This document shows positions 1 through 33,857 of a stretch of DNA of 39,040 nucleotides, piece by piece. Both the position numbers and the translations under genes were made by a program. The stretch comes from Phoronis australis (taxonomy: Eukaryota > Animalia > Phoronida): the NCBI GenBank assembly GCA_002633005.1, contig NMRA01000161.1, positions 377,975 to 417,014 on the forward strand, read 5' to 3'. Below the pieces are notes generated by a model. That model was not told where the DNA came from. It saw only the letters and a program-made list of their open reading frames with translations, and made no database searches. Within the stretch, counting starts at the first letter, position 1; every line of letters begins with the position of its first letter.

Positions 1-664
1 CACACACCTGGCACCTTCTAAATAGCTCCAACACTTTAGACAAGTCCACAATAAACTTATCAAAGTTTGGCTCACCGATCTGTTCACTGGACGACGAACT
101 GTCCTCTTCACTGGGTGTCGAACTGGGCCTGTAATCACTCCCACTACTCAATATCGCTGCAGGGCTGCTTAGAGGCTCTGGGCTGGAGAAAACAGCACAG
201 GGCGAATCACTACTGGTTCCAGGAATGGCACGCTCTGGGGTACGTTCGGACTGGGAGGCACGGGTGACAGTGGATGAAGGGCCTCCACTGGCTCCAGTCA
301 CTGTACTGGCCACAGCTCGCGAGGCTTCTCTCTTCAAAAACGCACTTCTCGGGGGTGGCGACGGGGCACTGCCGGGAATCAACAAAGACGGAATGGCATC
401 TTCCTTCAGGCGTTGTTTCGCAGGGACCTTCATCAGTTCAGCGTACAAAACCCTTTCGTAAGCAGACGGCAGAAAGTGCTTGTCACACACACGGTAATTC
501 TCGACTGCTTTGTACGTTGCGTGGACGGGTAACGCTTCGTTCTTCACACGAACGAGCCAAGTACGGCGAAGTGTGTCATACATCGGAAAGCGATGCTAAG
601 GTACTCCCAAAGCGCGCGGGAGACGATAATTAGTACATCCCGGTACGCAGCAACAGTGTGGCAT
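1..664 (-). pseudogene. THAP-domain transposase-like ORF (N-terminal part) with one in-frame stop
   Basis: Manual translation from ATG 664: MPHCCCVPGCTNYRLPRALGVP*HRFPMYDTLRRTWLVRVKN...NYRVCDKHFLPSAY...RLKEDAIPSLL, showing the C2CH THAP motif, FP, W, CxxHF and an AVPTIF-like box. A Ser/Pro-rich linker follows, then DKFIVDLSKVLELFRRCQVC at the window edge. The only lesion is TAG at 598-596; the frame is otherwise open to base 2. Confidence 0.85.
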
Positions 665-929
665 GTTGATTGACTAGTAAATGAAAGCAAATAACGACGT
701 AACTTAACACAACCGAGGTAGAACAATGACTGACTCGGCAGCTCTCACAGACAGACTATATGAAAAGAAATTGGCGCGAAATGCTTGCCTCCTAAAACGT
801 CACTTCCGGACTAGCGGACGAGTAATTAACAAAATTATGAAAAGCTGTAATTAAGTGGAAAATATGTCTAGGATAACCAACCAACCTTATTTTAGCTCAA
901 AATGACATGAAAAAAGGTTGCCTTCGCCT
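1..929 (-). mobile_element. Kolobok-like (THAP-domain, TTAA-targeting) DNA transposon, 5' end; runs off the left edge of the window
   Basis: Element ends ...AAAAGGTTGCCTTCGCCT(929)|TTAA(930-933), which reads TTAA|AGGCGAAGGC on the minus strand, the AGG/TTAA terminus pattern known for Kolobok/T2 elements. The duplicate of the flank at 6141 reads GTGT|TTAA|AACTGCATC with no element. A THAP ORF starts 265 bp inside. The other terminus is outside the window. Confidence 0.75.
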
Positions 930-1731
930 TTAAAACTGCATCATTTATGGTTCAATGCTTTCACCGGTCTATGTATAATGGACATCGAGTGCTTAAAGGG
1001 TTTTCTATGTTCAGCCTCAACGATATTGTGAGAAACGTCATGACAGCTGCGGATGTAGAGTTGTCCTGTTTTTTTGGAAACGAGGAGGTTGAGATTAGAA
1101 ATCTTGTTTAGACATTCGATTTTTCACAAAGTCATTATTTCTGATCTATCGGCAACCAAAGTATTGCTTGTAAATATAACTATATCCTTCTGAAGTTTGC
1201 TACGCAGAACAGAATTTAACACTATATTATTTTACTAAGGAAAATTATCTAAGCGTGAGGATACCGACCTTGTTATCATTTTTGTCTTTTGTTAGAAACA
1301 TTTTTTTCAAAGAACGGGCTCGTTCCACGATGTAAGCTCGAAAATTGCTTAAAGTTGAATTCTGAAGGTAGACTTTTTCCAGAACCTGCCACTAGTCGGC
1401 TACGGTTGCGTTCACCGGGTCTTTAGAATAGTTGGTAACGTAAGGCAAAACGTGCAACACTTATAACGGGCAACAATATCTAGTGATACAACTGAGTGAC
1501 TTGAACCAGGTTTCATTACAAATGGCTAGTGAGGAACAAAAACGGCCAACGTCGAAGTCAGTGATGTTTAATATGCGCTTTTTATGAGATGTAGCAAAAG
1601 GGTTAATTTGCCAATTTGCATATCTGCCTGCAACCATGCGTATTGTTGACAGCCAGCTGCAATACAAAAATGGCGCCTCATCAGACACGTGGCTTCACGT
1701 CCTTTAATACTAGAATGTCCAGTTTCTGTCT
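930..1731 (+). repeat. Local duplication A, copy 1 (copy 2 at ~6141-6929)
   Basis: Near-identical colinear sequence from TTAAAACTGCATCATTTATGG to GAATGTCCAGTTTCTGTCT in both places. Confidence 0.95.
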
Positions 1732-2382
1732 GCTACTAAATGAATCACGTTGCCGTGACTTTATAGTAAATTGGTCAAAAGGGAAAGCTGCAAAATAGAA
1801 ATTAATACCAAGATATCAAAAACATTACAGAATGTTGATTCATATGAATGTTCAATATAAAAGCTCATAAGCGGTGTTACAGTTTTGATGGTGTCGTTTC
1901 ATTGGATTTTTTCTAAAAAGACAATGGTAGGCCTTCTTGTAAATTTGGAGTTTTTTAAACCATTCCTTACAACGTTTTGGAGAAAAATGCAAACATATGG
2001 TTTCTGAATCTGATCAGCCATTTTTGAGATGAAATGTTCCAAAGTTTGTCAAATTTGGTTATTTATGTGGGGACATCATAACCTTGAAGATGTAGGCGTT
2101 GACTTGTTATTTATTCCACCAATATGCGAAAGAATTCTGCTAAAATACACCCTTTTCAGATCTAATGGCAGCTTTCAAAACGATTGAGCGGTTGTATAAA
2201 AGACCCTTTATCAGCATACATAAACCCATCTTGGCCTATTAACACATACTAACTACGACTTGTTCATTTAAGTGCTGGAACGCGCCTCCTGTCGGCGTGA
2301 ATTAGGTCTATATTCTGATTGGTATTTGACGGTTGAAAATTGTAACAATTGAATGTTTGACAATTTTCTATATCAAACTTAG

Positions 2383-24082
<21,700 letters not shown>

Positions 24083-24655
24083 GGAGAATTACAGCCACCC
24101 CAATGAATGATGCGACGCTGTGTTTTGTATTTGTTTTTTAGGCTTTTTCCATCGCTTTTAAAGTGTTACAATATTTAATGCAGGGCTTGGAATTTCCTTC
24201 CTTTTAGATGATTTCCTCATTTTTGTTTTCGATTTCTTATTATATCATCATGTTGACATTATTCATACAAAAAAGTTTCTTGTAGTTAAATTTGATAACA
24301 CAAAAATATTTCTATTACATAACCCTATTGATATGTAGAACGATACACCACCAGGAAAGTTTCCTCATTTTGCCATGGTTCATTCCAAGCCCTGTTAATG
24401 GCTATATCTGCATCGTAGTGATCGTAAGTTATTCATAGCATTTATGTTTTGAATTATATATAGCACTACCGAGTTTGTAGAATGAGAAGCTAAAAGCTCC
24501 GTACCTTGCAAGGGAAATGTCAGTAAGTTTGCATGTAATTAAAGTTAGCTCTATGATTGAGCTTGTGTGTTTTGGCAGTCTGTCACTAACAATATGACTA
24601 AAAATATTTTGTGTTTAATTGAACAGATAAGCTGCCTATAGAAAAAATAATAGTT

Positions 24656-25401
24656 TTTATCCCATACGAGCTAAATCTGTCGAGGGAAATACTGTCATGT
24701 AACAAAGTTTTCCGTATTCAACTCTCACACAACTTCAACGGTGCCCTCTAACAAGGAAAATTCAAAAGGTAAATAGGTCAATGTCGACTCGACGTCGTTA
24801 GAAGTTCGATCACCAATCTTTCGGAAAATAGTTTAAAGTAATACAATATTATTATAGCAGTTTAAATAACTCTCAACATACAATCAGGTCCCAATCGTAA
24901 CATCTTGAACAGGACTGTTAATTATATGACAGTTCTGTTTCAGTTTTCAATTGCTAAATAGTTTATCATCTGCAACTACATGTACTTTATCGAGTATTTT
25001 TTGTTATCTAACTATTTTCAGGTGTTACACATTCACCGGAATGTTACCCTTGTTTTCACCTTTTTATCTCTTTTCAAGTAATAAATATTCACATTTAAAA
25101 CTGTTTCTTTTACTAGAGAAAACTTGCAGCTTAACGCGCAACTACATACATATAGGATGTGATCTGCCACGTGAATCGTCTGAGTGAAGTATTTAAAAAA
25201 TCTGAAAAAATTAAAGAAACAGGAATTCGCTGCGTATGGAATAAATGCAAAACGTACCTCGACTGGCGTACATGAAGTAATATCCCACTCGACATTATTC
25301 TGCGATTCGACCTCGATCTTCAGTCTCGGTCTATACGCGTAATAATGTCTCGTGGGATATTACTTCATGTACGCCAGTCGAGGTACGTTTTGTGTATTTA
25401 T
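24656..25401 (+). mobile_element. Non-autonomous element with asymmetric inverted repeats and terminal hairpin (Crypton- or Helentron-like), copy 1
   Basis: Begins TTTATCCCATACG; its inverted partner CGTATGGAATAAAT lies at 25233-25246, followed by a hairpin with perfect 41-bp arms (25248-25288 / 25352-25392). The whole unit is homologous to 31361-32057. Confidence 0.7.
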
Positions 25402-26320
25402 ACATCAAATCTTGTCCTGAAATTTACCACGTGTGTGCGTGTGTATTGTTGTTGGTGTGTTATATGACCTGTCGGCGTTGCTGAAAAAAACGGATAATCA
25501 CTACTGTGTAATCGGTTTGTTTACCTAAGCTAAATGAGTCAGTGTAGGCGATTTTCGGAGCGACAGGGTACCCTATTTACAGAGACTGCGAACCTCTGAT
25601 GTGTGGACATTACAGTCGCCCCCTCCTGATTCATTAAATTCACCACTGCGACTTCATGTTTACACAACGAAAAATTACACGGATAACGCTCCTCGGGCGA
25701 TAATTCTCCAAAATCCACTCGGGCTCTAGATAAGGGGGATAACGGCTGAGAACATGAAATAATCTATCTACAGTATACCACACATTAAACGAGAAACATT
25801 GCAATGAATCGATTTACCTTTTCTGACTCTCCACGGCTTTGTAACTACTTTCTATGTCAGAGGCCCGGGGTCGGAGGTCGTGACCTTTTAAGAAAAGCCG
25901 GGCTATTTTCGTCAAATAATGCTTTTACTCAAAACCAATGGAAAACTTAAATATTATAGAAATAAATTGAATTTATAAATTAAGATTTACCAACTATTAT
26001 AGCTTAAAACACGTTTTTTTCACGCTAAGCTTCGACCGGGAAATTATCGTCTGCTAAAGTAGGTTACCAATGGTAACTGAATATAATTCTCAAGTCAAAG
26101 ATCCTGACGACACGATACCCGCATTCAAACTGTAGATCTGTGATTTACAAGTAAGAGAACATGAGAGACAATTTTCACTGAATTAAGATATCATTTTTAT
26201 GGAAATTATGTATCTTATTTTTCGTAACATATAAGTACAGTACAATGCGGTTTGTTGAACGTGCGATTATTGCGCGTGCTCATTTAAGTATTCTATTATT
26301 TTTCACTCTTGATGACGTCA

Positions 26321-26705
26321 GCCGCTTCATGGTGTAGTCAGTGGTAAAGTCGGCGATCAGCAATTTCAGGGTCCCGGGTTCGACTCAGTCCTCGGTTTCC
26401 CGCCAAATCGTTATCTCACTAGTGAGATAACTTTATGGGTTATTACACGGTTGTATCTGCCATTTGACGCTAATATTGTGGTATAAACGGCAATATCTCA
26501 CGTAATCTTGCGAGCTCTTGCTTTTTGGCAAGGTCCTCGCATTACTACACTGTTCATTGGTAAAAAGGAGACGGGGACAAAGCAAATGGATGACAGGTCG
26601 TTCATACGAATACACTGGTGTAATCCGACATTGCTCCCTTTGCCAAAGAACTCCGCGAGTAAGCGTGATTCACGTGGATCCCTTAGTGTTATATATACTA
26701 TATGA
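26321..26705 (+). mobile_element. tRNA-derived SINE-like element (second family) or tRNA pseudogene head
   Basis: A-box-like TGGTGTAGTCAGTGG at 26330 and B box GGTTCGACTC at ~26377; no convincing cloverleaf; TA-rich tail near 26690-26705. The 3' boundary is a guess. Confidence 0.5.
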
Positions 26706-26922
26706 ATATATAAATGCGTTTGTGTTTTTATTGGGGACGAATAAAATAACACAACAAAAATATATATTTTAGCTGGATTGGGAATTTCATGGTCACAGCT
26801 CTACAAATAATTATTTCACAGAAGGAAGATGGGTTAATTAATTACAAGAGATAACACACAACATTTACGATACCCAATGTTTAATTGAGTATTGGATGTT
26901 GAGTGGCACCGGTTTAGCAAAG

Positions 26923-27085
26923 TACCAAATGGGTACATATTACCAAATGGGTATTGGCTGATGGCCTACCAATTGGGTCGAGCATACCGGAAAATTCATT
27001 AATAAGTACCAAATGGGAAGAATATGCCAAATGGGTAAATATCATGTTAAGTACCAAGTGGGTACACCAAACTGCCAACTGGGCT
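26923..27085. repeat. Cluster of seven irregularly spaced TACCAAATGGGTA-like 13-mers
   Basis: Copies start at 26923, 26941, 26967, 27007, 27025, 27052 and 27073. Confidence 0.8.
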
Positions 27086-27307
27086 ACAACAACCTGCAAA
27101 GTGAGCAGACCATTCTGAGTAATAAAAATAATGTGTAGGGAACTTGGTGTTGGGGCTCAGTTTGTGCTGAGAGCTGTGACTGGGGTGGACACAGGCAATC
27201 CGTAGTGATGGACGTTCGAGTGCAGTTCTGGTCGCTGTCCAATGGAGTCTTTTTACTTGACGGCAACACGCTCGGGGCTTGAAGGATGTAATGACCGCAG
27301 TGTCTGT

Positions 27308-27427
27308 AATAACAGCAGCAGATTTTGTTCGACACAAGGTAGGGAGCGTGGGATAGGTATAAAACAGATGAATTACAGCAGGCGAATTTGTGGAACCCAG
27401 GGTAGGGAGGGCGGTATAGGTGTAGAA
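27308..27427 (+). repeat. Two diverged ~62-bp direct repeats
   Basis: AATAACAGCAG...AAGGTAGGGAGCGTGGGATAGGTATA followed by AATTACAGCAG...AGGGTAGGGAGGGCGGTATAGGTGTA. Confidence 0.6.
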
Positions 27428-30123
27428 TTTTCTAATTGAAAAGAACTTACTAGTGAACGTGCTGTTGCTTTAGCCTGGGCCAACCGGAAGCTGCAGAGAA
27501 AGAACAACCAGCACTACCTTCGGACTAGGTAGGAATTAACTAGGAGTTGGATATGAAGCTTGAAGGGATGTAGAATGGTGTTATTTCTCTCCAGGATGTA
27601 TTATTTAGTTATCCCCGATGTGTAATAACCTTGTTTCGTTCCCGTTACATAATTTGTGTCGACAAAATACTCTGTACTCTTACGTTTTATTTGCAATGCT
27701 TAGCAAGAGATTTTATGGATCGCCTAAAATCTTTGACCACACCCCGAGAAAACAAAGACAAATGTGAAAAAACGACTAATAATGCAAGTCATAACCCGAT
27801 GCTCAATGTAAATAGAATTATTTGCTAGTTTCGAATATTTTGTTCCATCAGTTGGAAGGAAGAAAGGCTTACCTGGAAGAAGTTCGTCGTCTGCTTCAAG
27901 TTAATTCAGGCACGGTTAAGAAGGAACACGAATTACAATCAGTTAATTTTTACGCGATGAGCAGTTTTTGGCAGATTTTATCTTAAATTCAGGATATGAA
28001 TTCACTTAAACCCCGATTGATTTGAAAAACTATTTAATTCTATTACAGGATTTAGCATAATCAGAAATATCAATCTCAACTAAATGGCCGAAATCTTTTA
28101 AACAACTTAATGTTCTGCAGTCTGTGTCAACCTATGTAAGTTTGGAACTGCTTATAGCGACTGCTACAACGTACATGTACAGTATACATGTACTAGCATA
28201 ACGGTCTCAGTGAGTTACAAGAATCGACGGGTCCAGGTTTAAGACCGCTCATCGTATAACCACATTATACGTAAACCATGCTACACAGTGGGGAGGTGGT
28301 AGTGTTCTCGAATAACGTCATCAATTAGGCCATCCGCCATGTTCGAGCCGGGACAAGCATATCAGTATACTTGTGGTATAGTAAAGCAGACGCATTTCTT
28401 AGCTGAATTCTAGGCAGAATTTTGTCAGTATAATGGTGAATTTCTGTGCAGTAGTTGATGCGAACAAGCCGGGGTCATAGAGATGTTACGTCGTTCTATT
28501 GTCTTCCAAATATTATTGACCATCAAGGGGAAAATGCGGAAGAGTTGTCGCGGAATATGGCAGTCGAAACATTTTTTTCGGTTTGAAGAAATTCTTCAAT
28601 AACTTCGGAAAGATAATGCATCCCACACAACGAAAATAAAAAATACCATAATCGGATTAAGCTGTACAAAGTTATGACAAGTTTCGTGACGACAGCGGCA
28701 TAAGTTATAAGTTTAAAACCCATATTTTTCAAAAAAAAACTTCGTGAGACATGTCTTTACCTATTATTCTTTTACATGCGACAATTTTGCCACAATAAAG
28801 TTACGCAGATTTTACTGATGATTGATAAGGTACTCACAATGAATTCCGACACCGACAACATCAGTCCCGACATTTGCTGAACTGAAAGACATGTTGAACA
28901 GGCTACTTCGTAATTATGGGTGAAGAGTTATTCATGACACATTTTGATAGACGCTGGTATGAAAAAGTAACGTTGTAAAATTTTCAGGTTCTGGGCTAAA
29001 ATACAAGAATTTGTCTCATTAGTTCACTGTGAATTTCCCATTCAGTTGAAAATTCACAGATTTCAAAAACATCAAATTTTCCATTGCGTCCGCACCTCTT
29101 ACATTTCTATAATGATTGGTGCATTGTTTACAAAGGGTGCTGGGGATCTCATCACCAGACGAAGACTTTTCCGATTTAAGATAAAACGTTACAAAGGATA
29201 AGACTTTTGGTGAAAAAAATAAAAATTGTTTGTCGGGTTTCAGAAATTTGACCTTATTCATGCGCGCACCCGGGGGGCTCGAACGAGCCTCCCAATTTGG
29301 CGAAGTGTGAAAAAGGCCCACCTCAGAGAAATAAAAACTCCAAAAAAGTAGAAAACAAGACAAAAGTCCTGTTAAAAGGCAGAATTACCAAACTACGGCG
29401 AATGCTCAATTCATAGCTCTGAACATACCCCTTGAATCGTAGTAATAGGTCAACACCCTCACAAATTGAAGCCCTCCATTTTTAGGCTGCGTGCGCGCAA
29501 CTGTTTACATACATGTACATACGAATAATAGCTAACAATCCTTCCCAGAGGCGAGTGAACAGTGTCTGTTCGGTTATTGACGCATTAGGTCACGTGTGTA
29601 TTCCAGTTATTGCGCCGAAAGTTTTCCCACCATCACTGTTGTTACCGCTACACAAGCAAAGGTTAGACTTCTAAGGTACATCGACTGGAGCAAAGGCATC
29701 AAGAGGTACAGGTATGTTGAGTTTTACCTTAATCAGCAGAATGTCATTGAAGGTGAAACAAAATAACCTGTAAGCAGGACTTGCTTATTTTCAAAACGTT
29801 TAAAGTATACACAACTCAAAAAAGTGACTGTGCCTAGCCCTTATTTCCAAGAAATTTAATGACTGAACATAATCGTTAAATGTGTGCATTAACTGGGAAA
29901 TTATTGAGATTTTCTGTATGTCTTGTGATGCGGGACTTCATTACGTCAATCACTTTTGAAGCATGCACTACTCAAAAAGGTAAGTTTTCTGACTTAGAGA
30001 AATATGTAATTTCGAAGAAATCCAACTAAACAACAACACCTCTACGTGTACATTGATGTGCTCGGTGGGAAACTTTAAATTGTTTGTCTTATAAGTGTAC
30101 ATCCTACAAAGAAAGAACATGGC

Positions 30124-30132
30124 TATATAAAG
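30124..30132 (+). promoter_or_regulatory. Possible TATA box for a non-coding first exon of the downstream paralog
   Basis: TATATAAAG 3 kb upstream of the signal-peptide exon, which has a candidate upstream acceptor; several GT donors follow within 120 bp. Motif only. Confidence 0.2.
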
Positions 30133-31360
30133 GTAGTCATAGATTTAAAGTCACAAAGTGAGTTATTCAGGCACGGAAGATTCCGGGATCTCTACGTTTG
30201 GACCACTGCTTTTGGTGAATCACAGTGGGGTGAAGACTAGCTGAGTATGACTGTAAAACTTGCAGTTAATATCTGTTCTCGTGGGATCTACTTATGTTAC
30301 GTAGGACCATATAAACAAGTTTGTGTATTTAGTCAAATATTTATTAAACTACACATTGTAAATGTTAACTCTGTAAAAAGATATATTTTGTCAAAGCAAA
30401 TTTAAGATCGTAGAAGGTGATTTTGGAGTTTATACTAAATTGCAGCTAGTTGGGTAATGTGAAAACATCTTTGTAGGAAAACCAACCAAAATGTATTTTG
30501 ATCTTAGAAGAACATTTTTTGTAATGTAACCAATTTTAATTTGATATAAATGTTCAAGTTCAAATTTCAAAAACGCTGTAAGAGCGTTGTAACTTCTCAT
30601 TTAGTTTTCGATTTATCCAACGGTTGCTTGTTTCACAATTTAAATCCTAATTTTTCAAAGATACAACAACTTAAACAGATGTCCCCATAGATATTTTAAA
30701 AAAGGTATACATAATATGCAAACTATTCATACGAATCCGACAAGCCATCTATGAAATACAGTGTATGCTACGACTTAGGCCAAATAAAGACATTATTCAA
30801 GACACTTAACCCAGTCCAACAAAAGGAAAATTTGCTTTTTTATCACTATCAAATTTGCAAATAATAGAATCGGTTACTCAAGGACATAGCCGATGTAGCA
30901 AAGCTGGTCAGACCTTGGTAAAATTTAAGTGTCATCCATAAACCTAGAAGAATTTTGACGGATTTGGCTGACCGGTCCATAAGAGGGTCGTTCTACTACA
31001 TTTAAATGGCAGGTGACAATTCAAATCTGCGGGGAATACATGTACATGTATGCAGCGCATCTGAATGTAATAACCAAATCGGCAAGGATCGTTTTGAAAC
31101 ACGTTTGCATGCAAAAGACTCTTAAAAGAGAATGGGATACACCGCTAACACGTTAAACTGTAAATCTTTCTTTGGCCTCAATGAAGAACAACATGTTACA
31201 ACGTTAAGAAAAAATAACGAGCTGTTTAAATCTGAACAGATATGTCCAACACCACTCTTGTTGCAATTCCACGGTTTTATAAACATGGGTTTTAAGAAAT
31301 GCTGTGCATCTATGATCCACTAAAAACTAAATGGTAGCCTTCTTAAGGATACATTTCTTT

Positions 31361-32057
31361 TATTTATCCCATACGCGTTGAATCTGTCGAGGGAAATACG
31401 GCCATGTAATTTAGTTTTCCGTATTCGCCTCCCGCACTCCTTCAACAGCGACCTCTGACATAGAAAGTTCCAAAGGTTAGTCAATGTCGATTCGACGTCG
31501 TTTGCCAGCTCGATCAGCAAACTTTCGGAAAATAGTTCAAAGTAATACAATTGTAGCAGTGTAAATAACGCTCAACATACAGTCAGGCCTCATTGGTAAC
31601 ATATATGGTACAGGACTGTTGATTATATGACATTTCTGTCCCGGTATTCACTTGCTAAATATTTTATCGTCCGCAACTCCGGTAACTACAATGTCAAATT
31701 GTTGTCATTTAACTATTTTCAGGAGATGTTACAAGTTCATTGAAAAATTACCCTTGTTTTCGTCTTTGTTAACTCTTTTCAAGTAATAAATCGTCACATT
31801 TAAAACTGTTTCTCTTACTAGAGAAAACTTGCAGCCTAATGCGCAAGTACATACATGTAGGACGTAATCCTCCACATGCACAGTCTGAGTCAAGTATTTA
31901 GAAAATCTGCCGAAAAATGAAAGAAACTTAGAAAATCAAATATGGGATAAATACAAAACGTACCTCAATTGGCGTACATAAAGTAGTATACCGGTGTCGG
32001 TCGGTACGTGGGATATAACTTCATGTACGCCACTCTCGGTACGCTTTGCATATTTAT
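31361..32057 (+). mobile_element. Same asymmetric hairpin-ended element, copy 2
   Basis: TATTTATCCCATA (31361-31373) is the exact reverse complement of TATGGGATAAATA (31941-31953), followed by a shorter imperfect hairpin 31947-32057. The body is colinear with 24656-25240. Confidence 0.7.
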
Positions 32058-33148
32058 TCGCTGCCCTTTTAGTTTCGTTTTGTTCCACGGCATACAACCA
32101 ACCATTTTTTGCGCCCACATACATGTATTCATGTGTCGGGGGTTGTTAGCATATCAACGATACAGCCACACTTCACAAACTCCATTAAAAGACTGCCTCA
32201 AACACAAGGACTTCACAGAGAGAACTCGCTTGGGCGTTTGGAGGCAAACTAACGTTTACAGGGTTTTGGCTGCCGTCCTTCACCCAAACGATATGAAGCC
32301 TTAACGCACACCTCATCAAGAGCCTGAAAAAGATCAAAAGTGTTTAACGTTCCCATCTCAAAGGCACAATCATACCTCAAAGCTAATTATGCTACCGATT
32401 TTAATCGGTTTATTCCCATCCGAAAAGTATACTGGCAAACAAAAATGCGGCCAAAACATGAATCTTTACCGTTTTCTCCCCACAATTACCACTAGAAAAA
32501 ATCTTTAGATTTTAAAAGTGTTGTCACTGTACTCCTTCTACTGACTAGTTTTTTGAAATCGACCTGAAATCGCCCCCCGGTTTCTCAGACGCCAGGCAAT
32601 ATGGATTACAAGCAAACGACAGGCACCATTTTGCATCAAAATTAGGTCACGGCTAAAAAATTAGGCTTTTACCATTCAAAAGCACATGTAAATTAGTTTC
32701 CTGGCAATTGTGTTCAACACATTCCTCAAACCACTCGTTAAACCTCACACAACCGACATAACACCTGTATTTAAATTCTAGGAAATGTCCCGTGGCTGCA
32801 GCGTAACTGTTCAGTGCTACCTTTGTCTATAATGAATAGCTTAAAGAGGATGTGACAATGGACATCAGAATATGAATAGTGATTCGCACTAACGGGCGAC
32901 AGTCCGTCCCGCCACATATAATGTGATAGCATTATTTGGTGTAGCATTGTTTGCTCAGAATCCAGTCATTCCAAAATCAAGGTGGAAGTGCCTTGTGATC
33001 CATTGTGAGTTCTTTCTATCATTATTGAAATGCGATATTTTTCAAAATGTCTTGATAATAAAGAATGTATTTCTAGTGTGAAATGAGTCGAGCGGGTTAA
33101 TAACTTATGCATTGTATTCAAGGATCATCTAAATTTGATTGAACGGCA

Positions 33149-33209
33149 ATGAGGTGGATTGGAACAAGTATTGTGCTGTTTGCTGGAATTTCCTTAGCGA
33201 CATGCCAGG
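33149..33209 (+). CDS. First coding exon (signal peptide) of a tandem paralog
   Basis: GCAATGA start context; ATG AGG TGG...TGC CAG G|gtaagt gives MRWIGTSIVLFAGISLATCQ(G): basic n-region, hydrophobic core, small-residue cleavage region, consensus donor, phase 1. A possible acceptor AG lies at 33121-33122. Confidence 0.75.
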
Positions 33210-33776
33210 GTAAGTTGTGTTTAAAATAAAACTGGTTCCTAGAATGGAATAAGCAAATCACGATGCACGTAAATCTTCCAAGAACCACAATTTGTTCTGC
33301 ACATTTAGCAAAAACAAATGGGTTAGAAGCCAGTAATTTTATATGCTAGGCCTCCTCATCTTGGACCATAAGTTTAGTTCAGTCTTATGAGGTCACCTCT
33401 TCTCGTCTTACGTATTAAAATTTGCAACCATGTCAAACTTTCGACCTCAAGCGACTCTAATGAGATGTGTGGCACATGTTTGCTTTCAGATCTCAATGAC
33501 GATAACGTTGTTTTTGTATTGCTAAAACCAAACACCTAGATGGCTTCTCACTTTTGAATTTGAAAACATTAAACCTTAAATCGGTGTTTTGTAAAGTTAA
33601 AGATTTTTATGCCTACTGCATGTATGTGTATATAGCTTAGAGATGTGTGAAGTATAAACATAAATTCAAAATGGAGACCTTATGTGTCACATGATGTTGG
33701 ATATAGCCTGGCTGCTGTTTGATAGTCAGGAATTGTGGGAATTGTATGTACTCAAGAATTCTTATTTCAAATTCAG

Positions 33777-33857
33777 GTTGGACAACTACATCTACCGTAC
33801 AGCCGTCGTCTTCGTCATACCTGGCATGGGAAGTTACTTCGGCTACTAGGTCTAATG
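33777..33857 (+). CDS. 81-nt Ser/Thr-rich exon of the paralog (phase 1/1)
   Basis: attcag|GT TGG ACA ACT ACA TCT ACC...AAT G|gtaaat gives (G)WTTTSTVQPSSSSYLAWEVTSATRSN. Clear homolog of the 2383 and 11231 exons. Confidence 0.75.

Noticed and set aside
67-633. Plus-strand ORFs 67-267, 225-461 and 274-633
   Set aside because: Antisense shadows of the GC-rich THAP ORF on the minus strand.
26321-26400. Functional tRNA gene
   Set aside because: A and B boxes are present but acceptor and anticodon stems do not pair convincingly; treated as a SINE head or pseudogene.
26923-27085. CRISPR-like array
   Set aside because: Repeats are only 13 bp and degenerate, spacers are 5-27 bp and irregular, the context is eukaryotic and no cas genes are present.
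29610-30190. Cluster of NF-kB-like GGGA motifs and a CRE-like TTACGTCA upstream of the candidate TATA box
   Set aside because: None fits GGGRNNYYCC fully; expected by chance without functional data.
30171-30244. Alternative terminal exon GTEDSGISTFGPLLLVNHSGVKTS* for gene 1
   Set aside because: Weak acceptor, 6.5 kb away, and a much better GPI-type exon lies 382 bp after the last ZP exon.
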